From contig CM060734.1 of the NCBI GenBank assembly GCA_030704615.1, positions 29,140,001 through 29,204,000 on the forward strand: a stretch of 64,000 bases of DNA. Direction: 5' to 3'. Below are positions 23,472 to 35,528 of the stretch, piece after piece (the first letter of the stretch is position 1; each line of letters opens with the position of its first letter). Under the pieces are notes generated by a model. That model made no database searches and had not been told where the DNA came from. It saw only the letters and a list, made by a program, of their open reading frames with translations. The DNA comes from Takakia lepidozioides. Lineage: Eukaryota; Plantae; Bryophyta. Made by a program: the position numbers and the translations under genes.

Positions 23472-24317
23472 TATAGTCCTGCTCTGAGCTGTGAGGGGCT
23501 CGGTTTTTGTCAAGGTGTGTTTCAAGGATAGTTATGTCCCAAGCTGGGTCATGAGTGATACAACCAGTGCAACATCTGTCAAGTGCGTTCCTTTCACTGA
23601 CCAGGGCCTCAGTGAAACGAGTGAAGTGGATGTGAAATGGATGTAGCCAGTTGCCTGAAGAAAATGTTCCCAGTTGTGGCGCACAGTATTGTGGCAGTAA
23701 AACACAAGTTGCTTATGCTCTCAAGTTACTAATGTATAGTTTGAAGGGGTGTGGTGGTGGCTGTGATCGGGAGCAAAGGTACTTCCTGATTCTATATTTT
23801 CCAGGCAGTTTGTACAAATATATGCAAGCATTTTAATATAGATGATTGTGTTCAATTCTTCACCTCTGGATACTTGCAGATTCGAGTGTACTGTGGGATT
23901 GTGTTCTTCTGTGCGTAAAGCACTGCCAAAAAAATTTGTTTGTATTTATCGCGCCGTTAAAAAGCAGAATTCATCATCGGATGCATTCCGCTCCCTCAAG
24001 TGCATTCAGAAATGCAGAATGCACCGGCCATTAGATTTTTTTTTTTAAAATTGGCATTTCTTTATGCAGGGCAATGCCCCTCACTCAGGGCATTACCCTA
24101 TACATAATACTATAGCTTAGTTATGCAGAGATTTTACTCAAGTAAGTTGGGAGATTATAAATTGCAGGAACCAAACTGAAACCTGAAACCTGAAACCAGC
24201 CTATGCACTTTTTCTTTTTTTTTTTCCATTTTCAGGTGAAAGGGGAGGTAGCCCTTGATTAACTTGAATTATTGAAGGGAAAAAAGTTAAAACCCTTATA
24301 GGTGTGCACATTGAATA

Positions 24318-24700
24318 GTGGGTTTCAAACAAAGTCTGAACTATGACAAGATTGCAAAGTCTACACCCCTCAAGTGCCCAGTTTTTGAAACATTGAGGGG
24401 TGCTACTCTTTGGCACATCTGGAAGGCTAGATGCTCCTGGTCTCTACCCAGCGTCAACTCAACTGCCATAGCCACTCTAACTAAGATTTTCTTCGATCTT
24501 ACCGTAGCAGCTAAATTGGCTTGGGCAAAAGTGTGTGCAGGAATCGCCAAGCCCCAGAACGCCAGCTTGTCCTTTCCAGCAGATTTCAAGCCACCTGGGG
24601 AAGAGGTGACATCATATGCAATTGTGCAGGCCCTGACTCCTGTGAATGGCCAACCGATATCCCGCACCAATTGCAACAGCACAGATCCATCCTCTTCCGC
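24318..24700 (+). mobile_element. Degenerate LINE (L1-like) ORF2 C-terminal fragment
   Basis: ETLRGATLWHIWKARC resembles the W-x-I-W-x-x-R-(N/C) motif at the end of plant LINE ORF2. Confidence 0.5.
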
Positions 24701-24989
24701 TTCCCTTGAGTTCGAAAAATCCAAAGTGAACTGGAAGCATGTCAAGACTTCTACCAGGACAAACCTATTCTACAGATAGAAGCTCGGGCCAAGGTCTCTT
24801 CATGAATTCAGCTATTTCCTGTGTCAAGTCTCCCTAGCCCCTCTTTGATCAGATTTCATTGATTGCGCTAGGGATCGGTTTCTTCAGGGCCTCAATACCC
24901 TGGTATTTGGTTCATCCTCTGGACATAGAATATACGTTCTCTAAACACGTTCATAGTGTGTCATTAGTTGTCGGTATTGCAGCTGGTCA

Positions 24990-25160
24990 TGGTTCGTCGG
25001 ATCATCCGTCACGGAATGCCCTATGGAAATGATTTTGGTTCGCTCTGAGACTTGGCCACTATGTTCAATGTACCATGTAATAGACCCCAGAGTAATATGA
25101 GATCAATCGAAATTCGTTCAATGGGCCAACGGATGGTTGCCCATCCAAATGATTTTTCGT
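24990..25160. repeat. ~120-bp satellite monomers (same family as 27380-27910)
   Basis: GAGATCAATCGAAATTCGTTCAATGGGCCAACGGATGGTTGCCCATCCAAATGATTTT also recurs near 27640-27690 and 27760-27815. Confidence 0.8.
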
Positions 25161-27026
25161 CATAGCCTTACACAGTTAGACACAGCTTGTCACAGTCTTA
25201 CACAGCCTATCACAGCCTATCATAGTCTATCATAGCCCGACACAGCTTCATACAGCCAGTCACAGCCCGACACAGTCCGAAACAGCCAGTCACAGCTCGG
25301 CACAGTCACAGCCCGACACAGTTTGGCACAGCCTGTCGCAACATTCACAGGGAACGGTTATTATTGGCAGGGAATGACTGTGTGGGAACGACATCTGTAG
25401 AGGGAACGTGCATTCTGTCTTGAATGACAGTTAGTTAGTTAGGCGGTTAGAAGAGCTTGCAGGTAGAATAGGCAGAGTAGCAACAGAGGGGGACACTTCT
25501 TGGATCACGACTTGGTCATCAGGGAGAAAATGACGATCTTGAGCAGAGGGATGGAGAGCGCAGGGGAGGAAGAGACATGATCTGTTGATGCTTGATGAAT
25601 GCAAGCTGTAGAGTTGTACTGTAGAACAGATTAAATACACCATGGCTTCGGCCTGATACTTGATAGATATTAATCTGATACATACTTCATACTCACACTG
25701 TGTAGAGAGACCTGAGTGAAGCTGTGGAATGAATGGATGAGTGGATGGAACCTGGTAGATTGCTGAAGCAATCTGATATTTAATTAGAGACAGTAAGGTA
25801 ACTTGCTAACATGAATGCGAGAATGAATACAAAACGGAAGCACCCCCATGATACACTAGCTGTAGGTCATGACTGATTGTTCTAAGCGGGCTGAGTGCTT
25901 AGAGATTTCCAACTCTTCTATCTTGGAGTTCCCACCTCGGATAGCGAAGGGATGGGTGAGTAAAAGCCGCTCGACATTTGGTAACCATACTGGAGATCTG
26001 AGTCAAGAACAACCAGATGTGATAGGCATCTGGTGGGATCATGGTGGATGGAGAATGAAATAATTTGATGTGAATCAAATTCCCTGTGGAACTGAGAAAG
26101 AAAGATTGTCCAAACAATTCTTTCAGAGGTTCTTGGAATTGCCAGACGGTTGCAAATAAAACATTCTTAAGAGAGTGCATGATGCTGATCCTGAGTGGGG
26201 TCTGGAGAAAGGAGTGATAAAGATTTATCAACTGGCCTATAGAAGGAGAGCAAGTTGGTTACCAACGCTGGTTTATGTGATAGCATTGATATCCATTAAA
26301 CGAGTGGAGTTTGAAAGCTGGGAGGAACGGAAAGTGAATGTTTACACTCATATGCATGAAGAACTTGTACTAGTAAAGAATTGGATTCCTAAGGATATCC
26401 TGTGGATCAAACTTACACCAAGAACAACTTTTCAGACGTGCTTGCCATATGGTTATATGGTAACGGAGTCTTCTAGTATAGCCAAGGGTGCATTAAAGCT
26501 TGAAAGAAATCCAGGCATATACGAGAGATACTACAGAAGAGAGTTTTGGTTATTGCCTCATTAAAGATATGAAAGATATGGGACATGAGTGATGAAAGAG
26601 AAGCTAGACTCCACAGATATTCAGCAAAAAAAGAAAGTTATTTGAAAGCTAATTATCCATATCTTTGGGAGAGAGGAATAGACATAGGGGAATCATCTGG
26701 ACCTCTCACACCATTAAGACCAGAGAGTACATCACCCATACCGGAAGAACCAGAGTTGGATGCCACTCCTTCTTATTCTTTACAGAAAGATTAAGGGATT
26801 TGGTACAGGAAGAAGATCAGCCACGAGGGGAAAGATCTGAGGTACATCCCTGGATTAAAAATTTGACATAAATCTTTGATCAGAGTTGGCAAGGAACACC
26901 AAAAGCAGGAACTTCAGTTTCTGAAACATAAGACAAAGAAGGAGAGGATGATGTGGCAGAGCCAACGGAGAGTTCAAACTCTCCAACAGAGAGAAGAATT
27001 TGGAAGATGAAGAGTTTGAAGAAGTT
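25161..27026 (+). mobile_element. 5' fragment of the second Gypsy family (repeat leader, ORF0, start of gag)
   Basis: Colinear reverse complement of ~10430-12300. ORF0 25869-26564; gag start MSDEREARL at 26585. Confidence 0.88.
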
Positions 27027-28518
27027 TGAAGCCCATCTTTTGCCCGCATGTGCTTGAACATGTGCAGAGACACAACAGAAGAATAAATCATTTGCCTCCC
27101 CATCGACGCGCTCACCCCTCAAGCCATTCGAGAATTTAAATCAATTTTAAGCCAATGATTAGGTTTGCACTGCCTTTGATTGGGGGTTTCTGCCACGTAT
27201 CGATTTTGTTTTTGGCTCAATTTTGTTCTGCGGCTTCAAGCATCCCACCGCTACTCCCCCGCCAAAATTTGGACCAATAAAAAATGTTCTCTTCGCTCAC
27301 TATTGCAGAACTCTCTATGAAGAGTACATGAAGTAGAATACAAATCAAGTTTGGATTGCAAAACAGGGAAGAAAACTGTGGTTTTGGGTCCAAATGAATT
27401 TTGTTCGCTCCCAAATTTGGCACGCATGTTGCATATGGAATCATTACGCATACGGTTCAAAAACGGAATGAACCATGAGCACGCGAAACGCAGTCCAACA
27501 GGTCCCAGAGTAATAGAATATCCAACAGAATTCATGGCATCGGGTGAACGGATGGTTGCCTATCCAAATCATTTTTGTTTGCTTTCAAACTTTGCCAGTA
27601 CGTTCGGGACATCCTCTCACAGTCCCGGACTGATATGAGATCAATCGAAATTCATTCGATGGCTCAACGGATGGTTGGCCATCGAAATGATTTTGGTTCG
27701 CTTTGAGACTTGGCCAGTATGTTCAATGTGCCATCTAAGAGGTCCCAGAGTAATATGAGACAAAACGAAATTCGTTCGGTGGCCCAACGGATGGTTGCCC
27801 ATCCAAACGATTTTCGTTCGCTTCGAGACTTGGTCAGCATGTTCATCGTACCATCTGACAGGCCCCAGAGTAGTATGAGATCAATCGAAATTCATTCGAT
27901 GGGCCAATGAGGCGTTCACTTGTCATCCAGTTTTCGTTCATTGCGGAAAAAAAAAATCTAGCAATGCGTGCACGGCTATTGCACCCATTGAACGGATGTG
28001 GTTGAAGCCTATCTTTTGCCCGCATGTGCTTGAACATGTGCGGAGACACAACAGAAGAATAAATCATTTGCCTCCCCATCGACGCGCTCATCCCTCAAGC
28101 CATTCGAGAATTTAAATCAATTTTTAAGCCAATGATTAGGTTTGCACTGCCTTTGATTGGGGGTTTCTGCCACGTATCAATTTTGTTTTTGGCTCAATTT
28201 TGTTCTGCGGCTTCAAGCATCCCACCGCTACTCCCTCGCCAAAATTTGGACCAATAAAAATGTCCAAAAAAAAAAGTGTTCTCTTCGCTCACTATTGCAG
28301 AACTCTCTATGAAGAGTGCATGAAGTAGAACACAATCAAGTTTGGAGTGCAAAACAGGGAAGAAACTGTGGTTTTGGGTCCAAATGAATTTTGTTCGCTC
28401 CCAAATTTGGCACGCACGTTGCATATGGAGTCATTACGCATACGGTTCAGAAACGGAATGAACCATGAGCACGCGAAACGCAGTCCAACAGGTCCCAGAG
28501 TAATAGAATATCCAACGG
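27027..28518. repeat. ~976-bp tandem unit (about 1.5 copies) containing ~120-bp subrepeats
   Basis: TGAAGCC.ATCTTTTGCCCGCATGTGC begins at 27027 and 28003, with near identity over ~500 bp. AACGGATGGTTG recurs at ~27547, 27666, 27786. Confidence 0.9.
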
Positions 28519-28521
28519 AGG

Positions 28522-28835
28522 GAAACAGTTGGATTCAAGGTACATGACCTTGAGGCTGCAATAGAGGGCAAGAGGTTGACTCGAGAAGATACATCAGTTG
28601 AGCTCCAGGTACAGGACCTTGAGGCTGCAAATGAGGGCGAGAGGTCGACAGGAGGAGATACATCAGTTGGGCTCCAGTTACAGGACCTTGAGGCTGCAAA
28701 TGAGGGCGAGAGGTCGACAGGAGGAGATACATCAGTTGGGCTCTAGGTACAGGACCTTGAGGCTGAAAATGAGGGCAAGAGGTTGATAGGAGAAGAGTCC
28801 TCATGTGGACTCGAGTTACAGAGTCAAGAGGCTGA
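28522..28835 (+). repeat. 69-bp minisatellite (~4.5 units), readable as a 23-aa repeat
   Basis: Units start at 28539, 28608, 28677, 28746. One frame reads VQDLEAANEGERSTGGDTSVGLQ with a single CAG>TAG stop. Confidence 0.85.
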
Positions 28836-29074
28836 CCATCAAACAATTGTCAGTAAGAAACTTTGGCAGCATCGGTCACGGTAGATTTTTTCCTAAACAT
28901 TTGCACTAGGCGTTTGTTGCAGTTGATAGTAAAATTCTTGAGCAAAATATCAAGAATCACGTCGATTAGGTACCAGTTAATCTGAGCCGTAACTTCAGGG
29001 TGATATATGTACTGTTCATCTACGTGATGCGTCAGACTACCGGGAACATCAAGTGACAAAGTGGGTCCATCCAG

Positions 29075-30880
29075 ATGGCCCCTGCAAAGCTGTGAGGGGC
29101 GCTCAATGTCATGTTCCAGCTTGCCACTACCATTGGCATTCTCTGTGCAAATATCATAAATTATGGTACATCCAAGGCTGACTGGGGTTGGCGTCTCTCT
29201 CTTGGATTAGCCGCTGTTCCGGGCCTTTGTCTCGGAGGAGGGCTCTGCCCCGAGACCCCTAATAGCCTTATTGAACGAGGCCACCTGGCCCAAGGATGTG
29301 CCACGCTAGAGAAAATTCGTGGATCCAGAAATGTCAATGCGGAGTATGACGATCTGGTAGAGGCGAGCGAAATCGCAAACAAGGTGAGGTTTTATCCGCT
29401 CCCAGGTGTTTTTGCAATCTAGTTTCAAACGTCTAATTATGGCTGTTAGTTTGATGGTTTTGAGCAAGGCTAGCTACTGGTCAGGAAAGAAGGTGGAGGT
29501 TTCAAAGTACCTCAATTCCACAGGTCTGGGTAATCTGATCGAGAACTGGGAATAAGTCAAACATATAGATCATGATTCATAAATCATCATGAACTGAACA
29601 TGTTCTAGTGCTTGGAAGACCAAGGTTCCGAGTCCTTAATAAGCAACGGTAAATTTCAGCTAGAGCTCGAGAATGTTCGAGCTAGAGCTACGCAAGATAC
29701 GTGGGATAAATGATCATGATTATTGCTGTCCAGATTGGAACTTCACCTGCACACCCCTTCCAAAGTTCTGGAAAATGAAAATTTGCTCCAGGATCTCGTG
29801 CATTTACATACCTAGTGATCGAAAGACCAACACAACTAGTTGCAAGGAAGATACATCATTTTGAACAATTTTCTCAGCGTCGAATGAGACACAAGGAGTC
29901 TACTGCTCGAATCGAAGGTAATAACTACTCACCAGCTTGAACCACAATTCTCTTTACAGGTCCTGGAATTGAATGATTAATGATCGCGTCCACATTTCCC
30001 GTCGCGATTGTGCTCTTTACAGCCGTCAAGGCTGTGCTACCAAAAGCTGGGCCTCATTTTGCAGCATGGACTGTTAGTGATTCAAAATCTTGCAGACTTC
30101 GCCAATTACAGAAAGAAGGGGGGTACCAACGTGCAGCTTTGTCTGACCCATTGGTACTTTCCTACCTGCAGGTGAAGCACCCATTCCGCAACATTTTAAA
30201 GAGGAAAAACCGCCCTCAATTGGTGATGGCAGTAGTCATCCCAATTTTCCAGCAACTTACCGGAATCAATGCTATAATGTTCTACGCCCCCCTCCTCTTC
30301 AACACCCTTGGCTTCGGCCTAGATGCTTCCTTATATTCGGCAGTCATTACTGGCGCCGTGAACCTTGCAGCCACTTTTGTGTCTGTTTTCACGGTCGATC
30401 GCTGGGGACGAAGATTGTTGTTTCTGGAAGGTGGAGTCCAGATGTTCGTCTCTCAGGTTGGTAAATATCTTAGTTCTTGCGGGGTAGAATATGGTTTCAT
30501 TTTCCTCTTGAGCAAGTGGGTTCAGTCAATGTTACTTCCTCACATTGAAGTGAGTAAAACTTGGTGCTGAGGGTCATGAATGTTCTTCTTGTTGGGACTT
30601 CTCTCAAGTGGATAGATCTATGTCCAGAATAATGTACCGATACTCTGTATCGCTTAAATTGGAGTGCGACCAAGATTCACGTCTTCACCACAAAACAAGG
30701 TGGGGATGTGGGAGTGGAAAGAAGGAAAGCATTATAGAAGCCAGAGTACCATTGCGAATAGCTCACCCTGTATGGGACTAACGCTGGGTGTGGGCGTATT
30801 TGCAGATTATTATTGCGATCATTTTGGGACTGAAATTTGGAGGTGACAAGGTGTTGCCTGAATTCTTCTCAGAGCTGGGT
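29075..30880 (+). pseudogene. STP: Sugar transport protein (STP, MFS hexose transporter) fragment
   Basis: Exons 29075-29383 (FQLATTIGIL, WGWRLSLGLA, PETPNSLIERG), 30172-30456 ([22 protein letters not shown]) and 30806-~30880. In-frame TGA at 29093, small deletions, no N-terminal half, 3' end cut by Copia. Confidence 0.9.
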
Positions 30881-31620
30881 GTACCAGAAGTCATGATGAC
30901 TTAACTTCAGGATTTTCACAGGAGGAAAGACGATGAGTACTCTAGCATACAACTGTGCTAACTATATAGAAACAGAGACAAAGACAGGTTTCTGGAGAGA
31001 CACACTTTACTCCAGAGAGAGATTGAAAGAGATTTTTTCAATGGCCTGAAGTGCCTACTTAAATACACAAACCTCAACTTTAGATATTTCTATTCGAAGT
31101 CGTAGTGTTATTCCTATCTGCACTCCTCTACCTTTTCCTGTCTCTGTCATGACATGAATAGCAAAAGCATCTAACAATATCCAACTTGCTATTCAGGGAG
31201 CATCAGTAACATTGAAGGAAACAAACTCTCTAACACTCCCACTTTGTGAATCTTCATTGTTCACATAACCCTAGCTGTATTCTGCATTGTTCCAACTTCG
31301 GTCTTGGAACACCTTTCGTCAAAATGTCAGCTGTCAGCTCCTCTGTCGTACAATAATGAAAGACAATCTTTTGCGCAAGGACTTGATCCCTCACAAAATG
31401 ATGCTGAATATCAACATGCTTGGTTCGAGCATGAAAGACTGGGTTTTTAATCAAAGCAAGGCTACCTTGGTTATCGCTCTTGATCGGGGTTGCCTTCTCT
31501 TGGATGAAGTTCAGCTCATTCAAGAGCGTTCGCAACCACATCACCTCCTTTGCAGCTTGGGCAGCTGCCATGTATTCAACCTCTGTAGTAGACACAACAA
31601 CTGTAGGTTGCTTTTTACTA

Positions 31621-33464
31621 ACAAACATACCAACACCTTTTTTCCACCAGCTAGAACAGTTGCTAACCATAACTCATAAAATGAAGGCCACCATCCATTA
31701 CCCAGCTACACCCCTCCACACCCACACAACCACCACATTTCCCCGAATCAAAACAAACAAAGCCTGGGGCATGGCACAATCGCGCCCCCCCCCAGGTAAT
31801 ACCACACAACCCCTTCCCCAATCCCCTCAATATATCACAACAACACCACCCTCAAGTATCCCCCGGCAAACTCACACTACACTGATGGATCCCTCACCAA
31901 ACCTAATGCAAGATATGGAATTTATCACGCCGGCAGCGGTCGGGGTGTTGCCCTCCGGCTCCCTGGCCCTGCCACCATTCTAAGGGCTGAGCTCATGGCC
32001 ATCCACGACGCTCTCTCTCTACTTGCCGTCTTCCCCCCCCCCCCCCCCCATACTGTATCTTCACTGATAGCCTCACCTCTCTATTTCTTATTCGAAACCA
32101 CATCTCCCACCCTTCTTCCCATCATCATCACCCCGACCGCAACCTCGTTGCCGCCATTGTCCAAAAGGCCATCTCCAAAAACCATCCAGTCCATTTACTC
32201 AAAGTCCGCTCGCACACTGGCATTCATGGTAATGAGAAAGCAGATCTACTCGCTCAACTCGGCGCCTCTCAACCCATAATCGAACCCACACCCAACCCTA
32301 TCCACATCGCCCATACCCACCCCTTCTGGTTTATACACCCCGTCCCAGACCCCCCTGTACCCAGACCGGTCCAGAACCTTCTGACCACTCTAACTAGAGA
32401 AGCAAATAAACAAGCTGCAGCCTCCATCAGCCACACCAAAGTACACATCCAAAAGTGGACTCAATCAAATGTATTGCACCATAAACTCTCAAATCATTTC
32501 TGGCTAACCAAAACTACTACTGACGCACAAATCCGACAAACACTCAAATTCAGATACGCCCAATACATGGGTCACCAACGCAAACACATCTTTTGGCCGC
32601 ATATGTTCCCATCCCCATACTGCCCATTATGTTCAACCACTCACCAAGCTCGTGACACCTGGCCACATCTCCTCAGCCAATGTACGCACCCGATCATACA
32701 TGGCCTTCATATCACACGACACAATCAAGCAGTCTGACATCTCCATAAATTTTTCTAAATCGTGCTGAAACCAGATGGTTCTCGCTCATAAACGCTGGCA
32801 CCTACCAAGGTCGGCCACCCGACCACACTGTGCCATCCTGGCTGCTACCATGCATATGTACCCAATCACCATGCTCATGCCCTGCTAGGCTTTGCCCGGA
32901 CATACTCCTTGTATAAGGCCTACCCATTAACACCCTACCCCCCACCTTACCTTCCCCACAATTCACCATTCATTTCATTGAATTCACATTTTGCCAGGAT
33001 CGTTACCCCAATGACTCGATTTTAGAAAAACGTCAAAAATATGCCCCGTTTATCCTTGCAATCCGACGGTATGGTTGGAAAATTGGCCCATTAACCGTCA
33101 TCACCGCCGGTACTCGAGGCGGCATTCATAACGCCAGTATCAATGACATACATGATAACTTCAAAATTCCCACTCTTCCCATCCACAAATGCTTCAAAGC
33201 AATTCACCTCACGGCACTCCGTTCACTCACAGCTATTATCACCAACAAATGCCAACTGGAATCCGGCACTTCAAACGCACCCTAGGTCCCCCAAGGTACC
33301 CCTGGGTACCCAGGCGTACCATAGACTCCCCTACTTTCTCCGGTCACTTGGTGTCTTGCAGGACACCTTTCTTTTTATAGGGCCCACCCCCGAAAGGGGG
33401 CAGTAGCTGCAAGGCGAAAAGACTCTTAGTAAGGCGGCTTCGGCCGGAGTCTTCTCTCTCTCTC
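31621..33464 (+). mobile_element. 5'-truncated non-LTR retrotransposon with RNase H, zinc knuckle and restriction-like endonuclease (Dualen/RandI-like)
   Basis: 13-bp TSD TTGCTTTTTACTA at 31608-31620 and 33465-33477. RNaseH RAELMAIHDAL, IFTDS, KVRSHTGIHGNEKADLLA; CPLC...HLLSQC; RHNQAV; PDILL...FIEFTFC...KRQKY; 3' (TC)n tail. Confidence 0.85.
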
Positions 33465-35528
33465 TTGCTTTTTACTATTCCAGTTGATTGCGGCACTGCC
33501 CAAAGTAAAGGCATAACCTGTGGTGGACTTCCTACTATCCAAGTCCCCACCCCAATCTGAATCGCATTTGCTCCACCCTTAAACTGCAAAACCATCTGTT
33601 GAGTCCCCTTCAAATACCTGAAGATTCTCTTGATTGCTTTCCAATGAGCAATCCCCGGATTTGCCATAAACTGACTCACCATTCCAACTGCAATTGCTAT
33701 ATCTGGTCTAGTGCCTGTCATAGCATACATCAGACTGCCTTGTGTTTGAGCATACCCCTTAGCCACTAATTTGGCTTTCTACCTCTCCACTTCTCCTCCA
33801 GCATTTCGCTTGATGCAGAAGACCCACTTACAACCAATGGCTTATCTTCCAGGTGGTAAGGTAACCAACCTCCAAGTCTTGTTCTCCTCCAGGGACTTCA
33901 GCTCCTCCCTCATAGATGCTTCCCACTCTTTGGCTTGGTCTCCCATTCTTGCTTCCTTAACATTCTTGGGCTCCTCTATTTCCAAAATGTTGGTCGCTTC
34001 ATCCTCAACAAAGCTTCCAAAGATCTTTGTGGGTTTTCTGATTCGCTCACCTCGCCTTGGCTGCAACTCTGTCACTATAGGTTGAATGGATGGTAAGGGC
34101 TCCACTTCCACTTCTCCCACTGGCTCCACTTCTCCCACTGGTTCTTGTGCTTCCAAGGGATTCCAAATCTCTAATGGCAGCTCCTCCTCAAAGCTTGTTT
34201 CCAGAATCTGTTCATCAGTCTTTGGTACTTCTGTAGTTTTCTCCAATACCACTACATCCCGACTGGTGACCATCTTTCTCTTCTCAGGATCCCATAATTT
34301 GTAGTGTTTGCCATCCCCCGAGTACCCAACAAAAATGCATCTTACACTTTTCGGCTCAAGCTTGGACCTAGTCTCTTTAGGCTTGTGCACATAAGCTACA
34401 CTTCCAAAGACTCGCAAATGCTTAACTGATGGTTTTCTTCCAGACCATGCTTCCTCTGGTGTTGCCCCTATCACAGCCTTGGTGGGGCATCTATTCCTGA
34501 TGTAAGCAACTGTCACAACTGCTTCTGCCCAAAACATATATCCAAGACCCTCATGATGTAGCATACACCTAGCACTTTCAATCAGAGTTCTATTCATCCT
34601 CTCAGCAACCCCATTCTGTTGCGGAGTATATGCTGCAGTGAACTGTTGATGAATTCCCTCTTGCTTACAGTACTAACGAAAATTACCAAAAATGTATTCT
34701 CCTCCATTATCACTTCTGAGTTGCTTGAGCTTGCACTCACTTGAAGTTTCTACTCCCACCTTGAACTCCTTGAACTTACTTAGCACCTCACTTTTCTGCT
34801 TCAGAAAGTAGCACCATATCTTCCTAGTACAGTCATCAATGAATGTGACAAAATACTTACAACCTCCCAAAGAGCTGTTCTTCATGGGTCCACATATATC
34901 GGAGTGCACTAACTCCAAGGGCTTAGAAGCTCTGTTTGCTTCACCACTTGCAAAAGGAAGTCTCTTCTGCTTGCCAAGCAAGCAACCTTTGCAACACTGT
35001 AGATAGCTTCACATGGCCTAGCGTCCATTCCATCCACTAGATCAAGTTTTTGCATTTGCTGAAGTCCTGAAACACTAAGATGTCCCATTCTTTTGTGCCA
35101 AAGTGACACATCTTGCTTTTGGTCTCTTCCAAGATGAGCATATTCATCTGCCATCTCTGAGCTACAAAGCAATCTATACAGTCTACCATCCCTCGCAGCT
35201 TTTGCTATGATATTTCCATAATCATCTTTGATCCGACAATTTCGGCTACCAAACTCAACAAATAAGTTCTTGGCTGTAGCCTTACTGACTGAGAAAAGGT
35301 TCTTGGCCAAACCTGACACAAATAGCACATCATGCAGATGACCATTTTCTACCTTGTTATTGACTAACATGTCAATAACTATAGATCCTTTTCCCACAGC
35401 CTCTTGTATCGAATTATCTCCCAAGTAAATCCTAGTCTTAGGAATCTCCTTCAAATCTGAGAATAATTCTTTCTGAAAAGACATATGTTGTGACGCACCA
35501 GAGTCAACATACCAGCTCCCTGATTTTG

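Noticed and set aside
24175-24197. (CCTGAAA)n resembling a plant telomere repeat
   Set aside because: Only about three units and not the canonical CCCTAAA.
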